A stretch of 63,917 nucleotides of DNA, the filler included, from Octopus bimaculoides (Eukaryota), in the NCBI RefSeq assembly GCF_001194135.2. It is 7 parts of 7 records of this genome, joined end to end, with 100 filler letters (N's around TTAATTAATTAA, not from the genome) between each part and the next. Parts side by side here need not be neighbours in the genome. Positions count along the whole stretch, not along the records: positions 7,070 to 29,931 come from NC_068984.1; positions 30,032 to 41,029 come from NC_068981.1; 5 more parts are not named here. One strand, written 5' to 3'. The first letter of the stretch is position 1. Each line of letters begins with the position of its first letter. The translations under genes and the position numbers were made by a program. Positions 25,760 to 39,253 of this stretch are shown piece by piece. The notes beneath the pieces were generated by a model. That model ran no database searches and was not told the origin of the DNA. It saw only the letters and a list, made by a program, of their open reading frames with translations.

Positions 25760-27539
25760 GATGGAAGTTAGCTCATTAAGGAGTAAGACTATTTCTTGTT
25801 AATGAGCAACGAAAGGAAGATGACTTTATAGACTTCATAGATTTGCTACTTTTCATCACACGCACACACCATAATACATATATAAATAATTAACTGTGAA
25901 GCCATATAGGCAGAAAGCAAGTTCCAGAGAAATATAGTGTTGGTGTAACAAGACAGCCAAGCTGTTTAACACCAGAGCTTCTCATAAGAAACATTGCAAG
26001 GATAGTTATTAGTAATAAAATAGGCTCGGTATTTTAATAATTCAATAAGGCTTATATGGACAAGGGGTTCATTGAATCAATGATGAGGTCACAGTATAGT
26101 GATGATATAAATAATAAAGTGTGTTATTGAGGTGATAATCTGTGTTCAAATAATGCTAAAATTGGATTTTTGTTCATCACTCTGAAACAATAAGATAAAT
26201 CCTAGTAAAATATTTGATTAGATTCAGTTAACAATACACCTCTTACTTGCGTAAAGGAGCCTTGCAATTAGGCCAAAAGAAATCCCTTTTATTTTGTCTT
26301 TTTTCTTTTAAATAAGTGTAACAAAATTAGAAAGATATTAGTGAAAGGAGACGGTAATTGTCAAACTACTTTATTTATTCAATGGCCAATGTAATTTATT
26401 TGCTCTTGTCTAAGAATACAATTCAACACTACAATCTATTGAGACAGATGAGAAGATTTGCCAAAGGCAAACTATATAAAATTATATAGAAAAACAGTAG
26501 ATACTGAGAGAACTAGTGATGTTCTGTTGTCGGCAAAAAGTAATACAAATAGTTCAAACAGTGAAATATGTTTTATGCCTTGAGGAAAAGAAGTTTAATG
26601 TTTTAGGCAGAAATGTTTGTTGGAGAGAAAAGAAATGTTAGCTGGTGATGGTGGGTGGGTCGGTGGGGGGTAATATAAGCTTAGTGAGATTAGTGAGAGA
26701 AAGAAAGAGGAAGAGGTAACAAGTGTTAAGTGTGAACGAATGAGAGAAAGAGAAGAGAGAGAGAGGGGGAGAAAATAAAAAGGAATGCGAGTGGATTTGA
26801 AAATTATTGAGAAAATGGAGAAAGAAATACAGGAAAATGCTATACAGATATACAAACATACATTTGCATATATGTGTGTGATTGTGTGTGTCTAAAGAGA
26901 GTGAAACATCTACACTCATGCATTTACGTCTGCATTTGCAAATACATGCAAATATATAGATAAAAGATAATGGTTTCAAATTTTGGCACAAGGCCAGCAA
27001 GTTCAGGGGTGGTGGCTAGTCAATTATATTGACTCCAGTGCCCTACTGGTACTTGTACTTGTTTTATCAACCTGAAAGGATGAAAGGCAAATTCAGCCTT
27101 GGTGGAATTTGAACTCAGAATGTAAAGATGGACAAAATGCTGCTAAGCATTCTGTCTAGTATGCTAACAATTCTGTCAACTCACCAGCAAACAAAATATA
27201 CAAACACCCATATACATACATAGACACACACACATACAAACACATGCACAAATTTCTGACACATGCATGCACAAACATGCCTAGATATCTACAGATTGTT
27301 TTGATGTTATTGTGAACATCATAGTAATGATGTTTAGCAGAATAACATACAACAAAAGGAATCTCTCTGACAGATCAACAGCGCATGCAGATTTATGCTG
27401 CATGTTATGCAAGAATCACACCCATCAGAAGCAAAATTCTGTTTGAGGATGAACAAGTCTCAATACTCTATATCATTATTACTAATATATACTCCAGACA
27501 ATTTAATCTTCCTCTGACTTTCCTTCAAACACTAATAGC

Positions 27540-28340
27540 CTCATCATCAATACATCTTGTATTTTTAATAAATATTTTTTCCCCTTAAGCTGCACAAACC
27601 CATCTACCCTTGTCATCCCACCATCTTTACTTGTAGTTGCCCAACTGAACTCTTTTGTAGCTACTTTGATAAACTCATGCCACTTCTTGCATGTAGAGGG
27701 GCCTTACTGTATGTAGAGGGGCCTTGCTGACCCCTCTACATACAGAAACACTAATCATGCCCTTCATCTTCTCAACCCTTTTTCTGTCTCTCCTTGACAC
27801 ATACAATTAATCACCTCAGGAGTAAAATCTCTGTACAATGTTATCACCCACAATGATGGGCAATTAACTCTTAAACATTTTTTCCCCTTGACCTCCACTC
27901 TTAACCGAAACTAGTATATCATTCCTCTTGGGCAAGTTGAACTCATGCTTACCCTAAACTCTATTTGCTTCTCTGATGAGTTCTATCAGCAAACTTTTAC
28001 AATGATCATAGGTACTAAAATGAGCTCAAACCACATTAGCTGTATCGGATCTCAGATTTTTGCCCAGTTCAGCAGACCTACCTCTAAATTCTATGGCCAT
28101 TACATTGACAACTGCAGCAGTGCTACATCACTCCCCATTAATGAATTTACTACTTTCATTTCTATTCAGATTTAGAATTTACTTCATCATCTCTAATACC
28201 AGTTATCTTCCCCAGTATCACTCTCATTATAAATATGTTCATTATAAACTTACAGACTCATATTCCTATCTTAACTCTTTCTCCTCTCATCCAAATCACA
28301 TTAGAATTCCCATCCTATTCATGCAATTTCTGTGACCTCT
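27540..28340 (+). mobile_element. Penelope-like element reverse transcriptase remnant
   Basis: Decayed PLE RT motifs VKSLYNVITHNDG, LTLNSICFSDEFYQQ..IGTKM, FYGHYIDNC, VHYKLTDSYSYLNSFSSHPNHI..ILFMQFL. Confidence 0.8.
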
Positions 28341-28529
28341 ATGACTAAATAGTAAATACTGGAAGTATTTTTCAAATCCAATGAAATACATCACTTTTTT
28401 CCTTGCAAAGACTTATCCTGTGGTGTTAATTGTCTCCACATACCAGTGAATCCAGCCTATTGACAAAACATTTGTAATTTTGTTCAAGAAATACTGCAAG
28501 GCATTTTTTTCTGATGCTGTAAAGATTCA

Positions 28530-28625
28530 GTCAGCTCATTGTTTACATTATTTACATTGGACGGATATGTGTCCTCATCCAATATAAATAATGTACAGAA
28601 TTTCTCATCTCTAAAATATAGAACA
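28530..28625. repeat. Rearranged fragment of the 2510-2592 Penelope-like tail
   Basis: First half is the reverse complement of GATGAAGACAAATATCCGTCAAATGTAAA; second half matches AATTCCTCATCTCTTAAATATAGAAC in direct orientation. Confidence 0.6.
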
Positions 28626-29575
28626 GCACATTGTTTTATGTGCATATTTTGATAAGGATTGTTATCAAAAGGTTTTTGTGTTAAATTTCTTAACAGAATA
28701 ATTTTGCCTACAACAAATAATTTCACAAAATTCCAAACATAAGATATATATTGATGCAAAAGTACCTTTACAAGGAAAATATTCAAATTTAGAAGTAGTT
28801 ATAAATGAATATAATCATCTAGAGAATGAAATCGCTTAGAAAGTTAATAAAAGTTATATAAGATACATTTCAGTTTCAGGTAGAGATCTTCCTATTGTTT
28901 ATGTAAAGTTTATAATGAAGCTAATTAGTAAGGAGCATAATGTCTAGCAACCTTTTAATGATTTATTGCATTACCAGGCTGAAGGCTACACAAATTACTG
29001 GCACACATACTCTTCTCATTTACTAACTGTCGACAAAAATCATAGGTATGAGGAGTATAGAAAATAGTTGAAAATTAATGTCTTGCTTGTTTCAGTTGCG
29101 AAGGAGCTTACTGTAGCCAGAGGGATAGCATAAAGTTAAGAATGTGTTCATCTAAGAAATAATTCTAAATAGTTACAATAGCTTGAATGCAGTCCACGAT
29201 TAAGATACTAAATATGAATATTTATTTGTCAACAATAACTAAATTGGTATAAGATATTCATCAACAAGATCACATTACTGGGAACAAATGAACACACACA
29301 CACACACACACAATCATTTCTTTTTTTCTTGGTACACTCTTCAGTGCATACACCCACACACACATACACATGCATTCTTTTGGCAGAAGTTACAGAGTGA
29401 CTCCAAGGATGGGAGTTTCGTGCATTAGCACTTATTAAACTGGTTTCAAATTATGAACATTGCATTTATATAGACTGATTAAAATGATAAATATAATTCT
29501 CTGGGTTGTTCCTGAATGAATTATAAAAATGATGACACGATAATATGAATAATGCATATTTTTTCAAATAGTTTG

Positions 29576-29931
29576 TCCACTGCTTTTCCTCTTCCCAGGC
29601 TACAGGCCCACACCCCCAACACCCATACTGTTAGGATTGGCACTCTCAACGTCGGCACGCTGAAAGGTAGATCTGGTGAAATTGTTGAGATGCTTGAACG
29701 GAGATGCGTAGATATGTGCTGCATCCAGGAAGTAAGATGGAGAGGAGGTTCTGCAAGGTTCCTCACAGGCAAAGAACACAGGTACAAGATTTTCTGGGCA
29801 GGGAACACTGACGGGGTCGGGGGCGTAGGAATACTTCTAGCGGAGAAATGGGTGGATAAGGTAATCGAGGTCGTTAGAGTAAGTGACAGAGTACTTAAGA
29901 TCAGACTAGTGCTTCATCATAGATTAGCTAC
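29576..29931 (+). mobile_element. RTE-clade LINE 5' coding region (AP endonuclease), frame open up to the gap
   Basis: RIGTLNVGTL..R, VDMCCIQEVRW, GVGGVGILL, VRVSDRVLKIRL are APE motifs typical of RTE elements. Confidence 0.9.
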
Positions 29932-30031
29932 NNNNNNNNNNNNNNNNNNNNNNNNNNNNNNNNNNNNNNNNNNNNTTAATTAATTAANNNNNNNNNNNNN
30001 NNNNNNNNNNNNNNNNNNNNNNNNNNNNNNN

Positions 30032-30235
30032 GAACATAACGCGTCGCCCGGTCCAGGAATCAAAACCACAATCTTACGATCATGATGCTGACACCCTAAA
30101 AGCTAAGCCACGCTCCTCCACTATATGTATATATATATATATCTATGTATGTATGTATGTATGTATGTACGTATGTATGTATGTATGTATATATATAGTG
30201 GAGGCGCGTGGCTTAGTGTTTAGGGTGTCAGCATC
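30032..30235. mobile_element. tRNA-SINE head (minus) plus a truncated inverted copy of it around a TA/TATG tract
   Basis: 30084-30125 and 30194-30235 are ~42-bp inverted repeats of GGAGGCGCGTGGCTTAG..TTTAGGGTGTCAGCATC. Confidence 0.75.
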
Positions 30236-32679
30236 GCTAATTCGTGTTAACATGCATTCTTTTGGTCCATATTGCTTCACAGTTCATATGAAATTAACAT
30301 TTTGGTGCTAAATTGAACTGACTAGTTCTTGTTGTAGAAGCACATTTCTTGAATCATTTTATCATACATATGCTGATAGCTGTCAAAATGTCTTGGTTTT
30401 TCTTTCCAGAATATCTTGTATTTTACTGATTTTTATAACATTTGAGTTATTTTTATGGTTGCTCATACTTTGAGAAAGAAACGTTCTGAGATCGAACTTC
30501 ACTGTAGTAACTTTCGACGCCAATACATAGTGAGGTGTTTGTGCCCCCGTTTCTACTTAATATATAACGTTAGTACTGAAACTTTTACTACTTTCGGTAA
30601 TGTAAGAAACCAGTTGTACACCACATACTGGAAAATGTTTGAGAGTATGAGGGAATCTACGGCATATATTAAGATGATGCGATAATATTTTGATTGCAAG
30701 GCATTATGAATGGATTTGCCATATTCTTACTATCGTTGAAGAAAAACAAAATTTCTATAAAAGCTCGACCATTATCATATTTAGTGCCTTATAATTTGAG
30801 AAAATTGCAATCTAAAACAAAATTATAATAAATAATTTTATAAACATGTGAAGATAATATAAAGTATCACTGAGACTTACGCTAATCTGCATTCAAAAAT
30901 CCATATTTATGCGAACGATGCTGATGGCAATACCTGTCTGATAAATGATAATGTCACCTATATATTTTAACACTGTTAATACAATTGTAGATATTTTGTT
31001 GATTCTTGCTGTGATAATCAATAGCAAGACATAAGTTTTACATCCTAATTGCATTTGTTAACTCTTTCATCTCATACATAGAAACTGTTATTATATTAAT
31101 GGCTCATTATTCAATGGTGGGTCTACTTTTACGGTGGTTACTTTGTGTACACTGTAATGCTACTAAATATTGTTTTAATTATCAAATCTAAGGACATCAA
31201 ACGTTTATACTTCATCTATGGCATTGGCGATTATAGGAAACATCAATCATCGTAGATTAGCTGATTGTAAATGAGCAGCTATAATAAAAGTTAACGAATT
31301 AATTAATCATACCAATGTCATACGCAGTGGTACAGATTCACTAAAATATCTATATTTTCACTATATTACTGTCTACGTATTTCGTAAAGTTCATCTACAA
31401 GTGTAAGCCAGTCAAGTGGCAGACATAAATACAATGTTTGAGTCAGTAATTCTCTGGTAAGTAGTTGGATTTTTGTCACGGTTTATCCTCAATGTTCTGT
31501 CCGCGTCTAGAAATTTAAATTAGAATTTATCCGGTATCAGTCCGAGCTAATTATGTTTACCTTCACTATTTTTGTTGTTTCGTTCGTCTCAGATAGGTCT
31601 TAGATAAATACACCTCATACATATTTCATTAGGTTACGGTTTATACCACATAATTGGCTCCAATTCTAGTATACATTTGATTCCACTCGGAATTACGAAG
31701 GAAATCTAACGACACAGCTGTATAGTAACACCAATATCATATTCATGTGAAAGATAAATAGTAATTTATAGATAATTAATTATTTATATATGTACAAGGT
31801 TAATGTAAAATTTAACTAATCGTCCAAAGATTAGGTGCACCAAACATCAAAAGCACGAATGATTACATTCTAAATTCAATGTATCTGAAAGAGACTGTCG
31901 CATCCCTTATTATCTAATAATTTGCATCCATATTTATAAGCTATCACTATTCATCCTGAAAAAGTTCATTATACTACAAAATGAATTGACATATTTAATC
32001 AGTTTGACTTAGCTACCATACCAGAAGCATAGGCAAACTGTAGGAAAGGTTGAATTCCTACTAGTTAACTATGTTCCTGTGGGACGTCGTTACATAACCC
32101 GTGTCCAGCATAGTATGCTTTTCAATGATAATGCCGGGTACTACATTATATGTGCTCTAAAATACTGTGATTGCAAAAATATAGCCAAAAAATATCATTA
32201 TCTGTTACTACAAAATTAAATACATCAGTAATATTGTTAGGATAACAGGATAACGCCGTTAGGAGATTAGAAGAGGTAAAGGAGAGTGGTGAAGGAAATA
32301 AAGAAAACAAGATATAATGGAATAAAGGGTACTATCGGAGATGTATTAGTTCTTCGCCATTGACGTTCACATCACATCTGAGCAGTGGATGAACTTGACG
32401 AGCATTTCTAGTCATGTAGTAAAGTGCTTTGGAGAGATGGTTTCTGCTTGCTTGACACCCTTCTCTTAATGCTGATGATTGTAGAGATATATGTTATTTT
32501 GCATTCAGAATTTGTATTTCTGAGCAACTTGGTGTATTGTGCCTCGAAACTTTGCGTGTTCAAATACTTCATCACATCGTTGAAGAGTATTTTTGTAATC
32601 AACTAAGCGATAGACATATGAGCTGTGTTATGAGCTAAGTGAATATCTAACACACAATACTATAGTCAGAAATAACCCC

Positions 32680-33115
32680 GCTGAAAGACAAGGTTGGGCT
32701 GAGAGTGACAGACGAAGGAGAGGTAGGGGAGGTATACAAAACCTTCTACACCAACATTTTAAAAACAACAGTGCACTCGATCTCACAGCGTCACAAATGG
32801 TGGCCTCCTGTTTTAAAGAATGACATTGAAAATGCCCACAAACTGATGAAAACCAACGAAGCACCCGAGAAAGAGAGTATCACAACAGAAATGTTACGAT
32901 GCAGAGGTGAAGAGCTGTGGGAAATTCTTTAAGTTTTAATTACTATATGAAAGTGAATGGTTAAAAAGTGAAATAGGATCCTCCTTCATAAAAAGAGTGA
33001 TAATAATGGTAACAAAAAACCATATGCCTCTTATCTCATTTCTATAAGCTGTTTACAACGGTCATAGTCTCTAGACTATCAAAAAAACCTCGACAACCAG
33101 CAACCGAGAGAGCAG
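32680..33115 (+). mobile_element. Degenerate RTE-type LINE fragment (start of RT)
   Basis: PPVLKNDIENAHKLMKTNEAPEKESITTEMLRCRGEELWEIL, then LHKKSD..KNHMP and terminal QPREQ-like readings. Confidence 0.7.
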
Positions 33116-33532
33116 ACATGTACATATATATACATACACACGCACAAGCACAAACATGAACACACGTCCGCGCGCGCACATATATCAGTATGCATACGCA
33201 GGAGGATGCATCAGTTTCTGTCTACCAAATCTATGATATGTCTTTGTTTGGCCACGGCATATATTTGAAGATATTTGCTGAAGTTGTCATCTATGTTGGC
33301 ATATATTTATTTTATTTCTCTTAAGTTTTCTGTTCTTTTTACTTCCTTCTTTTATTAGTTTCATTTAGTGGATTGCACCCATTTTGAAGGTTGTTGTTGA
33401 TAGAATTGACTCCAGTGCTAGTTTATTACCTTGCTATGTTATTGTGCCTGAAACGAACTAAATTCGTTAGCCAAAATATCACACTAGCATGGATATTGAA
33501 ATAAATACACGCACCACACATGCAGGTTCTTT

Positions 33533-33569
<37 letters not shown>

Positions 33570-34119
33570 CTCTCTCTCTCTCTCTTTTCGCTCTCTCCTT
33601 CTCACTATCAATTTGTCTATCAACCAATCTATCTGTCTATCTTACTATCTATATATCTCTCTATCTGTGTATGTACCTACCTATGTATTTATTTTTAACA
33701 GATAGGAATCTATTTATTCCCTTGCTTGTATACTGTCGACGATCTTCTTGGTACAAGAGAAAATTAAATATATAGTAAAGTATGTCCATGTTTGTGAATT
33801 TCTTTAACAGTGGTGTTTCAATTTTGCATGTATGTATACTATATGACATCGATTTTCGCTATATTACTTCTTCTGGAGCATAGCTAAGCTTCACATTATC
33901 TAATAAGGTGTTTATATTAATTTTTCAAGATATAAGAGAAATATTGAGAATATTTTTCTCATGTTTTTCAGGGAATATCAATTTACATTTGAGTGTAATC
34001 TTAACATAAACCAGTATACCCACTAATTTATCAAAATATATAACGCCACGAATGTATTCAAATATACACACGTACACCCACGTTTATAATATACATATAT
34101 ATAAATATATATAAATATA

Positions 34120-34158
<39 letters not shown>

Positions 34159-35813
34159 ATATANNNNNNNNNNNNNNNNNNNNNNNNNNNNNNNNNNNNN
34201 NNNNNNNNNNNNNNNNNNNNNNNNNNNNNNNNNNNNNNNNNNNNNNNNNNNNNNNNNNNNNNNNNNNNNNNNNNNNNNNNNNNNNNNNNNNNNNNNNNNN
34301 NNNNNNNNNNNNNNNNNNNNNNNNNNNNNNNNNNNNNNNNNNNNNNNNNNNNNNNNNNNNNNNNNNNNNNNNNNNNNNNNNNNNNNNNNNNNNNNNNNNN
34401 NNNNNNNNNNNNNNNNNNNNNNNNNNNNNNNNNNNNNNNNNNNNNNNNNNNNNNNNNNNNNNNNNNNNNNNNNNNNNNNNNNNNNNNNNNNNNNNNNNNN
34501 NNNNNNNNNNNNNNNNNNNNNNNNNNNNNNNNNNNNNNNNNNNNNNNNNNNNNNNNNNNNNNNNNNNNNNNNNNNNNNNNNNNNNNNNNNNNNNNNNTCT
34601 TTCTTTGGAAAACTTACTTCTTTAGCAAAGATATCATAACATACGGTTCTTGTTTTAGTTGAAGATAGCATTAAAAAAACATAATTTCTATTATTTACAA
34701 ATACAGACAGTAATAAATATTATGCACGTACAGAAAATTAAAACAAATATTTTGTGTGAGAAGTGACGGAAGAAATGAGAAATTATATAGTGTACATGTG
34801 GATAAGATAAATCTTGAAAGGTAAGGAAATGTATTCAGTAAAATGTTTTGACACCAATACGTTGATGCAGGTAAATTTTTGATTCCTAAATATATATCTA
34901 AATATCTAAAAAAAAAAAACTCTGCTTACATTTCAGAGAAACTTAAATACGTTCAATCTCCTGAAATTGAGTAAATATCATGACTGTTAAGACGGGCAAT
35001 TTTCTATGATTTACAATGCACATAAATTGATATACAAACAGAAGCATTCGTCTATAACTACACACGAAAGAAAATTTTAAAATGCAAATAGCACCACGAT
35101 TTTTCTATCTTATACCAAAATATACGATGTGTTGGTAGTTATGAAAAATTGAATTTGCATTTATCTATTTTCTGAGGAAATTAGAAATTTGGGATGAAGC
35201 GTCACATTCTGTCCTCTATACTAATCTAAAAACATAGTGCAAATGTAATTATTTTTGTTCAATACAAGTTTAAATAATTACTTTGTCATTCATTTTTGAC
35301 AATGGTCTAACTTTGTAACTGTTTAGCATATGCTGGTATTTAATATCATGCTAATGATTAGATAGTCTCTATAACAATAACGTTTGCTTAAGGTAGAACA
35401 TTTGTCATTGTCCATTGCATATGATAGACGTAAACAAGTAACAATGAAAACAAAGGAAGCAAAGTATTCAGTATTCAACTTTAAATATATACAATATTTC
35501 AAGTTGAACTTAATTTTAATTGAATATAATATATTATTCGAAATATTTATAGTAAATATTACTAGAATTAATATTCTATGAGTGAGCCAATAGCAAATGT
35601 GTTCCATTCTGTAATACTATGTGTGTGGTTTGTAAATATGGATTCATACAATTGAAGTATTTGCGAAGACAGATAATTTAATAGTGTTGCAATTTTGACT
35701 GTTTGTGTTTCCTACATCACCTATTGTATATAAATACATATATTATACACGCACACACACATATTCGTATATGTATATGTTTGTGTATGCGTGTACACGC
35801 ACTACTCACACAG

Positions 35814-35844
<31 letters not shown>

Positions 35845-36454
35845 NNNNNNNNNNNNNNNNNNNNNNNNNNNNNNNNNNNNNNNNNNNNNNNNNNNNNNNN
35901 NNNNNNNNNNNNNNNNNNNNNNNNNNNNNNNNNNNNNNNNNNNNNNNNNNNNNNNNNNNNNNNNNNNNNNNNNNNNNNNNNNNNNNNNNNNNNNNNNNNN
36001 NNNNNNNNNNNNNNNNNNNNNNNNNNNNNNNNNNNNNNNNNNNNNNNNNNNNNNNNNNNNNNNNNNNNNNNNNNNNNNNNNNNNNNNNNNNNNNNNNNNN
36101 NNNNNNNNNNNNNNNNNNNNNNNNNNNNNNNNNNNNNNNNNNNNNNNNNNNNNNNNNNNNNNNNNNNNNNNNNNNNNNNNNNNNNNNNNNNNNNNNNNNN
36201 NNNNNNNNNNNNNNNNNNNNNNNNNNNNNNNNNNNNNNNNNNNNNNNNNNNNNNNNNNNNNNNNNNNNNNNNNNNNNNNNNNNNNNNNNNNNNNNNNNNN
36301 NNNNNNNNNNNNNNNNNNNNNNNNNNNNNNNNNNNNNNNNNNNNNNNNNNNNNNNNNNNNNNNNNNNNNNNNNNNNNNNNNNNNNNNNNNNNNNNNNNNN
36401 NNNNNNNNNNNNTATATATATATATTTAGGCGCAAGGCTGACCGAGTGCTAAGA

Positions 36455-36685
36455 GGCCTACTTCCCACCCACATGATTCCGTGTCCTGACCCACTGAGTG
36501 TCTTCTACAATATCCTCGGGCAACAAAATCCTGTAGAGTGGATTTGCTCCATGGAAACTGATATATATGTAAGTAAACATTATATATGTATGTGCGTGTG
36601 TGCGCGCGCGTACGCATTTGTTTGTGATTTGCTTCTCCCCTTCCACTGTTTGACAACCGGTGTTGGTTTATTCACGACACCTTAA
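36455..36685 (+). mobile_element. SINE family A, decayed
   Basis: CTTCCCACCCACATGATTCCG head; TTTGACAACCGGTGTTGGTTTATTCACG body. Confidence 0.55.
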
Positions 36686-39253
36686 TGTGGTGTTTGTCAT
36701 AATTTGAAATGTGTATTTCATTGGAATATATCTCTCTCAGTCTGTTTGGTAATGGTATTTATAGCTATAATTATAAATAAGACTAAAATGTAAAATTTTA
36801 AAAAGTTGGGGTATTATGTTTTCATTGTAGATTTAGTAGTGGATACTAAAGTGAACCTCTCATTTAAAATATAAATAACATAAATAACAATTATCATGTT
36901 ATGAATCTTCACTTCTGTATCATTAGCTGAGGTGTTCGAAATGAAACTTACATTTAAAGCTATACTATGTATATGGTGTATGAATTCAGTACATTGCGCC
37001 TCGTTTAATTGTTTAACGATTATATTGAGTTACAATCTTTAAGTTAGTCTAATTTTTTTTCTGTAAAATATGATACCAAAAGTGTGAATTGCACATAAGT
37101 TGATGAGAACAGCAGCATATAAGCTTCAATTTACAATTTCGTTAACAATTTTATTAAGTTGTAAGTAGTAGCAATTGAGTAAGTAAGTATTCTATATCGT
37201 TGGAGGAACTATATGTTTTGAACTTTTATGAAAATGGAGATTTTGATGTCATTTAAATGATTTGATTATTTAATTTGTATAGTGAAAATGTAGCTCAAGT
37301 AAAAAAAGAAAATGGCAATTTTTTGAACATTTTCCCCACAGTATTAGTTAAACATCAATATTCATATCGGTAATTGAAAATCACACATTAGTACTTTTAT
37401 TCATAAGATATATTCATAAATATAAAAAAAAAAGTTTGTTAAAAGTTTGCATTTATAATCAGTTTGTGCTGTCTTTTTTTTTCTTTTGTATTTTCAGAAT
37501 TAAATTAACATCATTATTTTGTATAAGCAAAATGAAATAAGAAAAAAGATTGAACGTATAATTATTGTAACTAAGTGAGTATAATTGAAAATAACCATAG
37601 CCGTAAACTTATATACGCTACGTAATAGTTTACACCAACAATGGACAGTAATCTACTGATATAAATATTGTTAATGACTTGGCCACGCGAAAAAGAGCCT
37701 AGACTGCCTTATACGCTACAAAATGTTGTCTTTAATTGATAGATATAATTATTATAGTTATTAATAAAATATATTTTACTTGTAAATATTTTATATTTGT
37801 AAAATTAAGAAAACACTCTCAATTTTAATAAATATTTCTCGGTTTTGTATAGTGAGAAAATGAAATATCTTAAATATAGATTATTTCGCCGGTGAAAGTT
37901 TACGCAAAACAGCCCAGATACACGACATATATTCCCGTCATTCAAAAACATTACATGGGGTACCAGTGTGAATATCTATTACACACACANNNNNNNNNNN
38001 NNNNNNNNNNNNNNNNNNNNNNNNNNNNNNNNNNNNNNNNNNNNNNNNNNNNNNNNNNNNNNNNNNNNNNNNNNNNNNNNNNNNNNNNNATATATGTATG
38101 TATATATGCATGTATATGGATATATGTATGTATGCATCTAAAACAGCGTTATTAGTGACGGATTATCAATATTTTATAAGATCTCTGTTGTTACTACACG
38201 AGGCTGACAGTATTATTTATGTTAGCAATGAACTTTGCGTATTCTTGTGGTAGATGTTAAGCCATTTTGTATAATAAATTCATGGTTGTGTTCCTGTTAT
38301 AGTGGTCTCTGACACATAGATATATATCCGACAAGGCAAAAAAGTAACCATTTTCTTCTAACTTCATTGTAGTAAATTTGAGTTAGAGCTGTTTCTAGTA
38401 GTTAATACAGGTTCGATATTGATTGGTTTCATCAAGCTCCCTATTGATCGGTTGAGAAAAATTTTACAACCTACATAATTAAGGCTGCAGTCGACAGCCT
38501 TTCTCATTTATAAGAAATCAAAGCACTGAATGAATGACAGGCAGGGAGAAGGGATCGTATTTAGAAGTATTGCCTCCGTTCGCTCCCGTCCCCTTGCTTA
38601 TATTATTCTTTCAGTGATCTACTTACTTAAAACCAGACATGACTGCGACAGAAGTGGCATTAATTCTCCTGACCAGCCTATATTTTCATGCCTTGTCTTA
38701 TGCCGTATCTTATATATTAATCCAAATTGAAAGCGGATGAAATAGGTAAAATACAGGCTACATATTTTTCGTAGCTAGCAGAAACTTGGAAGTAATGATC
38801 AATCAAAACGGGTAGTCCACCAGGCTAAATATACACTTGCTAAATTAAGGTTAAATTGTCGTTAAGAAATCTCACGTTAACTCGCCGGAGATATAATTCA
38901 AAATGAGTAACGACAATATGACCTTCCTTTAACTAAGATATCTTTGGTCTGATGCGTAGTAATTGTTATATCCAAGGATCTGTTGCTAGGAAACATATGT
39001 AGCCTAGATTTTACCTTCTCCATTCACTCAATTTTGATTTCTATTCGCATTCATGGCAATCCTAGATTTTTTAGCTTACGAATTTCCATATAGGAAAGGC
39101 CTACAACCATCTACGTCAATAAAATAAAAGCTGTTTTTTATAACTACTACGCACAGCTCAAAGATTACTAACTTCCTACACATAAATCCTTGGATTTTAC
39201 AAAAAAACATAGCACATTATATATATATATATATATACATATAATACTTTTAC

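Noticed and set aside
31100-31560. GPCR-like fragments (LNIVLII, LRTSNVYTSSMALA)
   Set aside because: Needs several frameshifts, has no DRY or NPxxY support, and AT-rich DNA yields hydrophobic runs by chance
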